This document shows, one piece after another, positions 48,160 to 61,303 of a stretch of DNA of 64,000 nucleotides (its first letter is position 1; the number at the start of each line of letters is the position of its first letter). The position numbers and the translations under genes are program-made. The stretch is from Podarcis bocagei (lineage: Eukaryota), in assembly GCA_964188305.1 (NCBI GenBank), contig OZ076893.1; one strand, 5' to 3'. The notes below the pieces were generated by a model. That model made no database searches, was not told the origin of the DNA, and worked only from the letters and a program-made list of their open reading frames with translations.

Positions 48160-49200
48160 TAATGATGTCGGGGGGGGGGGGGACTCGACTCAGGTCGAGG
48201 CGCTGGGGCGCAAGAGTGAATGGACCAAAGGATCCGATGGTCAGGGCACGTGGAAACGGCAGCGAGGATCTCCTGAGGCGAGGGGATCTGTGGAGACGGC
48301 CGGAGGGCTGTCAGGAGCCCCCTGTTCCAGCGGATAGGCAGGGCTCAGGTTCCCCAAAAGTCCCGGGCAGCAGGCAGGGCGCTGGAGATGCCTTGGGGAG
48401 GGGGCGATCGGGAGGGTCTGCGGGGGCCACTCACCTGCGCGGCCTCTTCGCCATCCTTGGCGCGCACCATAAGGAAGGCGAGAAGAAGGGAGCGCGGCTG
48501 TCACCACCGGCCAAGGCGCGCAGCCCCCAGAGGGCGGGGAGGGGGCGCGGCTGCCTTTTAGCCCCGGCCGCGCCTCGCCCCCCGCATGGGGGACATGGCC
48601 TTACGCTCAGCGAAAGGGATGGGAAGCCGGGCTCCAAGTCCCCCGCCTGGGGCCTCGCTCGGCTGTCAAGGCTCGGAGCTCCTCCGGCAGGGCTGCTTTC
48701 CCCCAGGCGCCGCCGCCGCCTCCACCCTCGCTGGCTCCTTTTTCTTCTTTTTTTTGTCCCTGCCGCCGAATCTCGCGCCCAGCCTCTTTCCAGAGCCGCC
48801 GTTTGAATCTGCGCACGCGGACTGCTACGCCATTGGCTGCTCCAGAAAGCACGCGACCAAGCAGGGGGGCTGGTGCGAGGGAGGAGGGGGAACGGCCAGT
48901 AAGAGGGGAGAGGTGGCGGGATATGGAAGGGAGCCGGAGGAGGGGCCGAGGGCGGGCTAAGGCGCAAGGCATGCTGGGGGAGGGAGTCCTTTCGCCTCGC
49001 AGGGCTTGTGAGGGGACAAAACAACCGAAACGAAAACGGCCCGTTTTTAAGGGCAGTAGCCAAAGGCAACTCAGGAACGGGCAAAATACCCTCTGGGATA
49101 TGTACGAAGTCAGCCTGTTGTGCCGCTTTCCTTTTCCCCCACGTAAAAAGTAGCGAGAATCCGTTCCTCTTACGCCGTACGGTATACAAGACTGGGCACT
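48160..49200. promoter_or_regulatory. MYBL1: CpG island / MYBL1 promoter and 5' UTR
   Basis: Dense CpG and GC content around exon 1; CHR-like TTTGAA 48802-48807, CCAAT on - at 48832-48836, GC boxes, AACNG MYB sites. Confidence 0.85.
48435..48454 (-). CDS. MYBL1: A-Myb coding exon 1 (MAKRPR)
   Basis: AGGATGG Kozak context; GTGAGT donor; human starts MAKRSRSE. Confidence 0.93.
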
Positions 49201-49336
49201 CGTGATTTCGCCTTTCTCGGGAGAGAAAAATCTGTATTAATTAACGATAATACAATTGCCTTTAAAAAAAAACACGCCATTAAGAAAAGGAATGAATAGC
49301 AACACTGCGAAGAGATTTTATACCTGTCAGAGAAGC

Positions 49337-49355
49337 AAAAAAAAAAAAAAAAAAA
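49337..49355 (-). terminator. RNA polymerase III terminator (T19) of tRNA-Tyr
   Basis: Oligo-T run on - starting 8 nt after the tRNA 3' end. Confidence 0.85.
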
Positions 49356-49362
49356 CAAGGTC

Positions 49363-49455
49363 TCCTTCGAGCCGGAATCGAACCAGCGACCTAAGGATCT
49401 CCGTGTGGAGCAGCGCCTCTACAGTCCTCCGCTCTACCAGCTGAGCTATCGAAGG
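49363..49455 (-). tRNA. tRNA-Tyr(GTA) with a 20-nt intron (49418-49399)
   Basis: CCTTCGATAGCTCAGCTGGTAGAGCGGAGGACTGTAG-intron-ATCCTTAGGTCGCTGGTTCGATTCCGGCTCGAAGGA, the canonical vertebrate sequence; intact A/B boxes. Confidence 0.97.
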
Positions 49456-50497
49456 GACGTTGAGTTCGCTGCTTCTGTTTTCTGTATACAAAGTCTCAGT
49501 ACAATTCCTGGAGGGAAAAACTGCACTGGCTAACGCATTTCAAACTCTTCATTGGCATTTATCATTATGTTTATATATTATTAACAGCCGCGTATGTAAA
49601 CAATTTAAAATTAAGAGGGGTTTTTTTTAGGCTGGTTTTGACGGCAATAGATATGACCATGCAACTGCCAATAGTTCTATAATATCTCTAAAAAGTCATT
49701 TCAGTAGTCGACAGTAAATGTGAATTCAGGGGCGGCCTTAGGGGAAGGTCCACCTGAGCTCAGCCGATGCGTTTTTTTATGTACTCTCTGCTGCAGTGAG
49801 AAGCAAAAAGCAAGCGCCTGTAACATCCACCCGTCCGTTCCCCCCCATGTTCTATTAGTTTCTGGGGTACTAACTACAAAAATTATCTTCCTTCAATTAG
49901 CTTTAAAGTACTGTATGTTTCTTTTTCAACTTCAATGTCATTTGTGCTAGGTAGCTAGTTCACTTCAAATACAACCAAACGTTGGAAGCACTATATAAAT
50001 TATTGTATAAATTACAATAAAATAAAGCTGTAAGGGGTAAGCTGGATGGCTTTTTATTTTATTTTATTTTATTATTTGTAAAGATAACATAATGGATATT
50101 CCAAAATTAATTATGCTTACTGAGATGGGAACTGTTACAAAACAGAAAACTTATTAAAAGTAAAATCTGTGACACATCTGTTGTGTTACATAGTGCAATG
50201 CCACTACTCAGAATGTGGCTTTTCGGCCTTTGGCTTGTGCAAATGCAGAGAGATGAGGGTTTTGAGCAATGCCGTTCTTTGATGGATGGGATAGCAAGGG
50301 ATGGGAGCCTCTCATCCGCCATGGATCACATTCTGATGTGTTTCAGTTGTGAGAAGCTGAGCTCACTGCTGGCAACTGTACCTTGAAGTGCCAGGATAAT
50401 TAGTAGTGCTACCCAGACATTCAGGAAAACACAAATGGAGATGATGTTGGCAAGTCATATGCACAGGATGTGACCTCGGTACAATGTGGTGCCCTTC

Positions 50498-50685
50498 CGT
50501 AGCTGTCAGCCTTCCCTTTTTTTGCGGGAAATTCCCTTTTTCCAGCGCAGTTTCCTGATGCTTCCCGCTGCTATCCTGGATTGTTAGATATCCCGTAGAC
50601 TGTCCCCGGGACAGGTGAGACTGCTGATCCCTTATTTTCGAGGCTGCTGCTCCTTTATTTTCAAATCTGAAAGTTGACAGCTATG
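50498..50685. mobile_element. hAT-like MITE
   Basis: Termini CGTAGCTGTCAGC / GTTGACAGCTATG; degenerate 8-bp TSD TGCCCTTC / GGCCCTTA. Confidence 0.65.
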
Positions 50686-51116
50686 GGCCCTTATGGGCCC
50701 ATCATCTGAATCTGAAATCAGATCATGGTAGTTGTTGAAGCAAGGATTCTTCTTCCAGCTGACAAGCAGCCATTGTTTTCAGGACTCCCTCTTCCCTGTT
50801 CTCCTCAACTGTTTTCCTGCATAACTCAGGAGCTTCAACGTAACTCAGTTCTCCTGTGCCAGTTTTATTGTCCACTGAGGCTGCCATAGTAACCTTTGCT
50901 CCGTCTCCTATATTCTGGAGGCCCTTTCCCTTCTAATCATAGCCTCCACGTCTGCTCTTCCTCTACCTATCTAGGTATGGCTGTATTTTTAGATCTGTTC
51001 TGAACTTCTTATCTCCATGTGTGTGTGACTGTGCCTCTCTGATTCTCCCTGTTCAGCTGCACAAAGCTGAGGCCTAGTCTGCCAAGTGAGCCCATTTGGA
51101 AAGAATGAGCCAGTGT

Positions 51117-51259
51117 CATGGGTGTAGCCGGGGGGGGGGGACAGGGAGGGGCAGCTGCCCCCCATCAATAAAAATCAATTAAAAATACATAGCTGAGGTT
51201 CTGCCCCCCCAAAAAACAAAAGTCTGCCCCCCCCAACAAAAATCCTGGCTACCCCCATG
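51117..51259. mobile_element. hAT-like MITE
   Basis: Termini CATGGGTGTAGCC / GGCTACCCCCATG; 8-bp TSD GCCAGTGT / GCTAGTGT. Confidence 0.8.
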
Positions 51260-52851
51260 GCTAGTGTGCCTTCTCACTCTCATGCCCTCTGTGCTTCCTC
51301 CTTTCTGAATGTATGTTGTGTGTGTATCTGTTTAGTTGTGATTTTATTTAGCTAATTTTCTCACACTGCTATACACAATACATATGTACTGTTGCTGACC
51401 TGGATTCACAGAATTGCAGGGCTGGAAGGGATTCCAATATCATTTAGTCCATCTCTCTGCAATACAGGAATATGTAGTTGGCCCATATAGGCATTGAACC
51501 CATTACCCTGGCATAATCAGCCCCATGCAATGGAAGTAACAGCTGTTGAAGTGTTAAATGTGTCTATTTTGATTCATGTCAGTGTGCAATAAACAACCCC
51601 ATTTTTAAGACCTATATGAATTTACATTTCTTATTAGATCTGCCATGATGCACTACTGCCACTGTCCAAAGGTTTACAAGAGTTCTATAACAGGTGTCTA
51701 CTGAGGAAGCTTGCTTACAGGATGTTAGAAGTGTTTGAATACTGAATCATTCAAAATGCTTTTCAATAAGTGTTTGCAGCTTTGTGCGAAGACTCGATAA
51801 CTACATTTTTCTGATCTAGCAATATTTCAACTCCTTTTTTTATCTAGCAATATTTCAATTCCACATTTCCAACAACTGAGTCATGCATTTAGTGGAGGAA
51901 CTGCAGCTGTTTAAAGTCTGCTGACTACAGATAAGGCTGTACTATGTTGCTCAATAAACTGAAAGTTTCTAGTTGAGATCCAAAATATTTTGAATATAGA
52001 ACAGGATGCATTTTGTGAAGTTCTATTCCACTGCCTTTATAAAACAAACAAACAAAACAAAACCCTATTTTGACAGGATAGCTTGCAGTACAATACACAT
52101 ATAAGCCTGCCAGGGAAACAGCTATACGGCCTCAGATGGATATTGTAACTCATGAATTATGGCCATTTCTATTTTTGAACGTTTCATGCAGACTCATTAG
52201 TTACATGTTCCATAAATAGGATGGAGGAGTTTCTAGTATGGTCAGCTGAGAGGGGCATGAGGATGACAAGATGTTATTTAAACCGCTAACCTATGGAAAG
52301 GCCTCAGCAAGTAAGCGTGAGGTGGGTAAATATCAACACTCTCAAGCCTTTCAGATGGAATTGGTAGCCAGTTTGTGCCAATGAAGAATCACTGCACTAG
52401 TCATAGAGATTACAGCTAACTCAAGCAAACTACAACTCCCTGTATGTTGCAACATTCAAAGGTGTTCCCTAACAACAATTTGGCCCAGTGAGCCACTGCA
52501 CCAAGGCTGCAGCTCCAAGAAGCAGATTCTAGTACTGTACCTATAGAAAGGGGAAATTCATCCTGACATTCTGGCAACAGGACCTAACTCATTGTAGGTA
52601 GGCAGGGACAGCCATCAATATGTGCTGCGAGGGGCAGTTGTCTCCTCTCCATTCTTGCCAATGCTGCAAGAACCATTCTGGGCTCCTCACATGCCATTCT
52701 ACATGCCTTTCTGTGGCTATGCTTGCCAAGCATAGGATTATGTTCACGTTGCAATAAACAAGGCACTGCAGCCCAACTCAACCAACTGAATTGGATGCCC
52801 AGCTGACATCCACAATACACTTCAGCTACAGCATTGGGCAGAATTCTGTTA

Positions 52852-53077
52852 CAGTGGTACCTCAGGTTACATACACTTCAGGTTACAGACTCCACTAACC
52901 CAGAAATAGTACCTTGGGTTAAGAACTTTGCTTCAGGATGAGAACAGAAATCGTGCTCCGGCGGCGCAGCAGCAGCAGGAGGCCCCATTAGCTAAAGTGG
53001 TGCTTCAGGTTAAGAACAGTTTCAGGTTAAGAACGGACCTCCGGAACGAATTAAGTTCTTAACCCGAGGTACCACTG
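52852..53077 (+). mobile_element. Tc1/mariner MITE, 226 bp
   Basis: TA TSD, CAGTGGTACCTC TIRs; same family as 35319-35544. Confidence 0.9.
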
Positions 53078-56000
53078 TATCTTCAAGGAGACTGAAACAC
53101 AATTCTAAGTGCAGCCATCCACATTCACTTGGAACACATCACCCAAATGCAGCACCACATGACATTTGTAGATTCAACTCCCCAATGATTACACCCATGC
53201 AATTCTAGACAAGCTGTCAGCAGCTTACTGTAGTTACTAGAGGCTAAGAGCAGGCTGGGGTAGGGGGGTGGGGGGAGTTTTCCAGGCTTGTAGTCATGTA
53301 GTCCATATCATGACATTTATGGTTGTTATCTACTTATGTCCCCCAGCAGATTTTGATTATTCTCTGTATTATTATTATTAAACAACTAGGTAATCTTTTA
53401 GAATGGTTTTCATTATACATTAGTACTTGACTAGTCCTAATTGAAAATGTTTTGATATATAATTATAGCTAAGCAAAGATTAACAACTCTGAATTAATGC
53501 ATTTTCTTCCACATAAGGATCAGGAAGTGACCTATACAGAGAATGAGACAGTTCTATCCAATATATTTTGTATCCTTCTGTTCCATCCACTCCACTCTAT
53601 CTCACCTGGTTGGCAGTTCCTTCTGTGGCAGCATGTCATTCTTGCATTGAGCTGTTAGCGGGTGGTTTGCGAGTAGCAGCTGCCCTGCTTAGGGATTTTC
53701 CCTACCAGTTCTTTCCACTGTTATTGTTTGTGCCTGCCTCAAGGTTACCCCTTACGTCTGCTGGTACATCTCACGTAGTTTGAGTGGTGCGGTTTTGTTT
53801 CAGCTACATGCACAGGAGGACTCCAAACAGTGTTGCTATAGATACTTGTAAAACACTTGTCCTTCAAAGAAAGAAAACAACACCATACACCCTTTTCATT
53901 AATCTGCTTTTCGCATAGGCACCAAGGCACACCCCTTTTAACTCAGGGTGCGAAAACTGTGACATGGAGAGGCCTTGTGATGTGGTGCTGCTGCTCACCT
54001 GATCTATACAGTGCTTACTTATTGTTGCTTGCTGTGAAGTAGAGAGGCCAGGAGATGGCAATGTCCATACAGGGGAAACATACCTGTTGGAGCGCTCCAC
54101 TGGTGCACTTGCACTACACTGATCTCACTGCTTCCTTGCCCCTTTATCTCGCACTATCAGCTGCACCACATGCACCTAGAGAATCAGGTGAACAGTGGCA
54201 CACCACATCATCCGCCACTGTCAGTGACCCTTCAAGTGTTGGTCTCCAGTGCTCATCAGCCATAGCCAGCATGGCCAATGGTTAGGAATGATGGGAACCA
54301 GTCCAGCAACTTCTGAAGGGCCACAGGTTCCTCATACAGCTTTAGCTCATGAACTAGCCATTCCGCCTTGACCCTTTGCCCACATCCTGTAATCCAAAAA
54401 ATCTCCTGAAGGTATGCTTCTCTGAAGTGAAGCAAATTTAAGACTAGCCAGGTATTAATGGATACAGTCTGTAAGTTACCCATGCAAATTTATGGGAGGA
54501 AGAGAGTACAAACCCGATAAATATTTAGAAGCAGAAACTCCACAGGCTCTTTCCCGCCTCTGAATCCAGTATTCTGAAAAATAGTTCCCATCAGCCTTAT
54601 TTACATTTGCTCTTCTGCTTGCAATCCTGGGATATAATCATTAAAACATACTGGCTACATCAACATTTGACCTCTCATGTGGTCAATAAAAAATAAAAAT
54701 AAAATTCCCATACTCAAGGTATGGGAAGGGATGAATCGCATCCAACTCTACAGAATTTACTCCCACTATAAATTAGGCAGGCACTATCCCCAATATGTTC
54801 TGGATGCCTGGTTAAAATATTTTAGTCCAGGCTTTTGCACCATTAATGCTGTTTTTTGCAGTTTTAATATCAGATGTGTAATGTAGGTTTTTAATGTTTT
54901 GTACGCTTTCATTTTGTTAAGCTGCTTTGGGACCCAGATGGCGACAAATGAAATACGATTTAAAAAAATAAATTCATGGACACAATTATGGAAGAACAGC
55001 TTGCAGATCTGTTCAGGTGAAAACCAATGGTTGCTGCTCACGTGTGGCTCACTTCCACCCAGCCATAGCAGCTAGCTCTGACAAAAGACAGAAAAAGCTG
55101 GCCTTTGCCCACAGTACTAATAACAATAATGTTGGTATAGAAATTAGGAAAGTTGTTTAGCTTATGTTTTTAATATAGCAATCAAAGAAAATCCCAAATA
55201 CTGTACAATAAAGTGTAATATAGTACACTGTTATAATACACTATTGATACAATACAGATAAAAAAAAACAAATTAGTACAGCAATCACAAATAAAATCTG
55301 AGTGTGCTGAACAGCCAGCATTGTGAACATGGTATCATTGCTATTCTAATTGTATTCAATTTGTAAAGCACTTGCTGTTTTCAAAGGTTTCCTAAATATA
55401 TACAGTACTAATGCTTATTTATACATTTTTTTTTACTCAATTACTTCCAAAAGTGCACTATTTCTCTTCCTGGCAATAACCTTCATTAAAATAAAATCTG
55501 AAAATACGAATCACTGTTCAGTCTTTTAACTTTACTACAATCATAGGGGCAAAGTTGGAATGCTGCCTTAAAGTATTTTAAATGCAATACTTTAAAATAC
55601 TATGGGATATTCACAAGTATATATTTAACAAAGCTTTTTGCTGGAATGTCAGTACCCAAACTGAGGTTGTGACAGTCTGATTAGCATCCAGCATGTCAAA
55701 CTGACCCAAAGAAAAAATAGCTTAGATCTGAATTCTAAACATACACATAATTGAGTTCCACTACAATTGGTGGAAATTGGAGATAATTCACACACAATGG
55801 GCTTATATGAAATCTAGGTGGGTTGCATGCGCACAGGGAAGAGCAGTCATCAAAGCCCTCCATTATGCAGATATACTCAAATTTGTCCCTTCAGAAAAAA
55901 ACCATTTTGGTTTTGGAAAATACATCCTTTCTATAGCAGTTAGTATACAGCTGCAGCAATGGTCTTCTGTGATCTTTACTAAAGCAAAGAATAGATGTCA

Positions 56001-59000
56001 TGTCTGGACACAAACACAGCAACTAAATACTGCCCCTATAACAAGTCAATTTCAACTGAAAATGTAGATTATTTAAAGCTAAATGAGAGGAACACATTAT
56101 ACAGGCAAAGAAGGGGAAAGATAAAATATTATTTGTAAAAATCAGAAACTTTGTTACACCTTGCTACTTTATTTTTAGCTGGGTAGAAGTATAGTACAAC
56201 AAACATTCAAAAGTGAAATTAAGTGAGCAAGCCATTTTTTCAGTTGTGAAATAATTACGGTAAGTTTTTAAAGCTGAAACATCCAAGGGCTGACTCTCCA
56301 GAGAAATATAGAACAGTAATGTAGTAAGTGCACCTTGTATACCCACTAAAATACTACTAATGGAAAGCAAATCAGTATGCAGCAATTCCATAAATTTCTA
56401 GAATGCACTTACTTCTTCATTTTTCTTCTCTGATTGTACAGAATTTACTCCCTTCTGAGTAAACCAGTGTATTGGTGCTGCTGTGCTACTACTGTATTCC
56501 CACTTCCCATTCATATTTTTATATATACATTAAACTGGCTGTTCAAGAACAAGCTTTTTTGACCGACTTAACAGTGTTTGAAAGAAAACCATGGCCTTTC
56601 AATTGTCAAATTTTAGACCCACACACATCAGAAAGCCTGACGGTTGGTGAATAATAAGAGACAGAATTTTGAAATGTCTAAAGGAAATGCACTTCAGGCA
56701 TCCCCTTGCCACATCTGAGATTTCCCATAAATTCATTTTATAGAGGACTCTCAATCACTCGCTGAAGCTGCAATCCTGTAACTAGTTGCATGTGCTTAAG
56801 CTCACTAAGTGAAATATATCATGTTAGTGGCAACTATGTATCATCAAAGTGAATGAGACCACCATTTATTTGTGCACATTAATCCCATTAACTTTGATGG
56901 AGATAAGCCTACATTGCACACTTGCAATATAAAAAATTAAATGTTAACCTTCCCCAACATACTTACAGCTACAGCAGTATTTTTTCCATAACACTCCTAA
57001 GCCAGGATGGGAAAACCTGTGGCCTTCCATGAATATTGGCCATGCTGGCTGGGGTGGATTAAGTTGAATGGCATCTAGAAGGTCACAGGTTTCTCAGCCC
57101 TGTCCTAATCCTTTACTATTTTCATTTTACAAACAGAGCATTGCAAACATATTTTCAACACATCACACAAGGGCAAGAATACAAAGTGAATAACTTTGTA
57201 TTTTTATTTTCTGAGTAGGGAAAAATGAAGAGTCATAACACAATTCCTCAAGAGAAAGGATTTCTACAAGGAACAGAAAAGATGTACTTAACTCTTAGTT
57301 CACACCACATTAAATTATAAAATCACCCATACCTTCCCAACTTTACAGCTCTTGCTCATTTATACATGCATTTTTGTGTTAAGGATGTTGACAATTATCC
57401 TCCTTTGCACACAATGAAAAACCACCAAAGTATTTCCAACCTAAGAAGAAAAATATCAAACCACCAGGCTGTTTATCAACCCTATAATCCAAGCCAATTT
57501 TAAGCTAGCAGTGGCCATGATTCTCATCCAAAGAATCCTGGGAACCGTAGCTCTGTGCTATAAATCCCCCACAAAAAATATTTCCAAAAATACTGGAATT
57601 CCCAAGCTTATGTGATAAAAGCCAGAGATGTTAACTGAATTTTCAGGATTTAGATCTCCAGTGCAGATATCCATATGGTCAGAGAAAGAGTAGTTACATT
57701 CTGGTTTGTCTCACAAGCCATCTCATAATATATTAAAAGCTACCTTTTAAACTGGGGCATGGGATATTGCTGTGCCACCCCTGCAGAATCCCTTGCAAAT
57801 GGAAAACACTTTGGGCCATGGCCACAAGTCTGGTTGTGCGTTTGTTAGAAGTTACAGTGGTTTTTTATATTCCGCCTCAAGCATCCTGTTCTGTGTGGCA
57901 TGATCAATTTTAGAATTCCCTATTTACATCACATATTTCATTTCTTGACCAAATTAAGCAGCAAAACTATATATTTGAAATCATTTATTTATGAAAGTTG
58001 TATTTGTATGTTTTATATATAAGCAGTGCATGAAATAACAAAAGATTTAGTCCCTGAATGAGAAAAGCAAAAAGGGTGTTTGAATGGATTAATATAGTTG
58101 AATGAACCAAGGCAGTTTTACCTTCGGTTAATTTCCCATATAAAAAATAAACCTTCCCTTACTTGGGACATTTTATCATAGCATTGCTTAGAGGTTTCCT
58201 GTGTGATTATAACTGCAGAAAGTGTGAGCATATTTTCAGAATATAAACATTAATACAAACTTAGTATTTGTGGACCAGGTAAAACTTGCATGTTGAGTAA
58301 ACACTGGCTTCAATAGCTAAGCACTTCAGATTTCTTTTCAGTATCTTTTCTGTATTATAAGTCGTTTACTGTTTCAAGTTTATTTTCATTAGATGAAGCA
58401 GTAATAATGCACATAAAATAGAAATAAGCAAAGAGGCAAAAGTGCAACATCAGTATCAAGATAAATATTCTATCTTTACGGAGCAAATACTATGGCTGCT
58501 TAGTAAAAAATAGCACTGTAGATCTGATGAATATGCTGTTTAAGTGGATGACAGTTTAATCAACGTGATGCATGAAGACTTGCATAAAAGTGAAACACTA
58601 AGGATTTCCCATTTCAGGGAGTCAAAAAGAAACTGTTACTATATAGCTGAAAATCTGATGAAACTTCTGTTAAATTCCATTAATCCAACATGCTTAGAAA
58701 GTGTTAATAGCCAGCACTGATAACCGTTATTTTTCAAAATCTTCCTGCACAAAAAGCAATTCCTTATTAGCCTGCTGCAGTTTCTTAAAATACTTGCATA
58801 CTACTGCCTTTGCAATGTAAAGCACACGATAGTACTTTACCAACTCAAAATTAAACATGCAATCATTAGCCAACAGGGCAATGAAAAAGCTGTGCTGGCT
58901 CAGTCCGCCATGCATTGCTGCATCACCTTTGCTTTAGATTCATCTTATACTATATAGCACTTTGCCCTATCATTCTTTAAATGTACAACTTTTAAAGAGA

Positions 59001-59451
59001 TCTCAATAAATATACGTGGGTTTTTGAGAAACCTGAAAATCTAAATGGATGCAAAGTGTTCAGATCTAAGGGAATGCCTCTGTATGCTGGAACCAACACA
59101 CTACATTTGTCAGATTTTCTTTTCACATATTAATCTTTGAAACATAATGATTTCACATGGGCTGGAGGATTAAGACTTTAACAGAAATAAAATTACAAAA
59201 AAAGAACCCACATCTACAGCAGATATTCATCCCAGTGCATATTCTAATAACTAATTTACAGGTAACTGAGAGCTAACCTGGGCAGCAAAATGGCATATTA
59301 AAAGCTATTGTCTATCACACACTTGCTATCATGCAATGAGTAAGATATAATCTTTGAAACATACAAGATTCAATTACTAATCTTATGTGGCCCAGCCAAC
59401 AAACATTACATTTGCACAGTAATCTCTTGTATTTTATCAGTTGTTAACTAT

Positions 59452-60326
59452 TCATGAATGATCCATTGGCTCAAATGTATTAGTGATTTCTGCATCTTGA
59501 CTATCCATCTCTTCAGGCTCTTCCACAGAATTTCCCTTCTGTGCTTTTGATCTTGTGGAGAATGTTGTTCCCACTGCATTTGACATGTTACTGTCAGTTG
59601 TTTCTGCATTCAGATGTCCGCTGCCACTTGATAAAGAAAAGGATTCAGACAAACCAGTCTGAGGGCTCCTTGTTTTAATAGATGGACTTGCGGCTTCCAG
59701 TTTCCTTTGAGAGAAGTCTTGTGTCGCCGACTGCTCTGTATTCTGATCCCGCATGTGTCTGTCCATTGAAGCCTGAATCGAAGAAACCATTTCCTGCAAT
59801 TTTTTCCGTTGTGCCTCAATCAAATTAGGATCAAGCTGCCTGCTGTCTCTCATGGTTCCTACTCCAGGAGCTATCCGTATTAGCTCACTGTTTCCAGAAT
59901 CACCTGTGTACACTGAAGACTCAGATTTAGCAGAACTTGGACTGAAGTCTGTGCTTGTGCTTTGCTTTCTTAACAGTGGAGCTTCCCTAGCTCTTTGATG
60001 AAGTGATTGGCTACCAGCTGCACTTCCTAATGAATGGCCTTTCCCTTGAAACGCTGTTATATTGTGAAGTTGCTCTGACTTCTTTTTAACTACGCCACCG
60101 CTACCTAACTTTAGGAGTCCATGTGAAGGACTTGCTTCCCGGCTTCTTGAAGAAGCTTCTGCTCGCACTTGGCTTAGGGCCTCCTTAACCAAGTCTTCAA
60201 CATCGGCGCCCACAGGAAAATGCCCAGCAACATCCACACAAAGTTCCACTCTATCTTCTGCTGCATTGTACACAAAGGTCTTACCAGGCAAGTGTGGAAA
60301 AGTACAATGCCTACCATCAGCCAGAC
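59452..60326 (-). CDS. VCPIP1: VCPIP1 (VCIP135 deubiquitinase) last coding exon; upstream exons lie beyond the window
   Basis: HCTFPHLPGKTFVYNA...EMDSQDAEITNTFEPMDHS* matches the human C-terminus; tttctgtag acceptor; order VXN-MYBL1-VCPIP1 as in human. Confidence 0.96.
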
Positions 60327-61303
60327 CTACAGAAAGGGGAAAGAGATATTTTTAAGTTTATATATTGCTTCTCAATGATGGCTGTGAAGCAGATAACAAA
60401 GCATACCAGGGTCACATTATAAGCACAAAAGGTTGTATCCAACTATGTTCAACTCAGAGTGGCCCCACTGAAATTACTGTACCTAGTTAGTTAGTCAGTC
60501 ATGTCAATTAATTTTGCTGAGTCACCCTCTGATTCAGACACAACCCATATAGCACTAAAAAAACCCAAAAACTAAGGAAAAAACAAAAACGTAAGAGCAG
60601 ACCTGTTGGGTCAGACCCTAAAGGACCATCTAATCCAGCATCATTTTTTCCACAATGGCCAACCAGATGTTTTTAGGAAATCCAGAAGCAGAACATGAAT
60701 GTAACAGACTCTACCCAATGGCACATTGGAATACTGCTACTGCTCCTGGATGTTACATATAAACATCATGGTAGATAAAATATATATTTCTTAAGTTAAA
60801 CACACAGCTGCTACATCCAAAATCAAGTTCTGGAAAAGCAAATGCCCTCTCGAATGGAGCTATAGAGCAGATTTCTAAAAGTGAAAGGGGACATTAAAAG
60901 ACAGGCTTGTTTGGGCAGTAAATGCCATAACAAAAGACTTAAGCAGTAAACACTACTTTTATCCTTTCTCTTTAGTACTCTCTCATTATCTTCAACAAAA
61001 GGTTGTAAAAACTTGAATTGGAACTATTCAATGTAGTCTGAATAGGTCAATTATACATTTGTCACTACACTAGATACAATCCTTGTTACCTGCTCTTCTG
61101 ATTTAGAGCACATTTGTAAGAAAAGCAAGAGTCTGAAGTTTAAATAATGACTATACAGGAGAAAGCAGTCTTTAGATACATCCACTGAAATGTAATAAAA
61201 GATGGCCATGTATATTACATTCCATTATTTCCATTTTAATATTGCAAAATATCTTCTGCAAGTCATCAGGTACCTTAAGTAACCAAAGTGGCAGAATTTG
61301 GTA

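Noticed and set aside
48162-49153. Several long + strand ORFs over the CpG island
   Set aside because: Gly/Arg/Pro-rich products of GC bias with no recognisable domain
48431-49189. 252-aa ORF in frame with the MYBL1 ATG, suggesting an N-terminal extension
   Set aside because: Non-ATG start, spans promoter elements upstream of the probable TSS, low-complexity GC-rich translation; open frames are common in CpG islands
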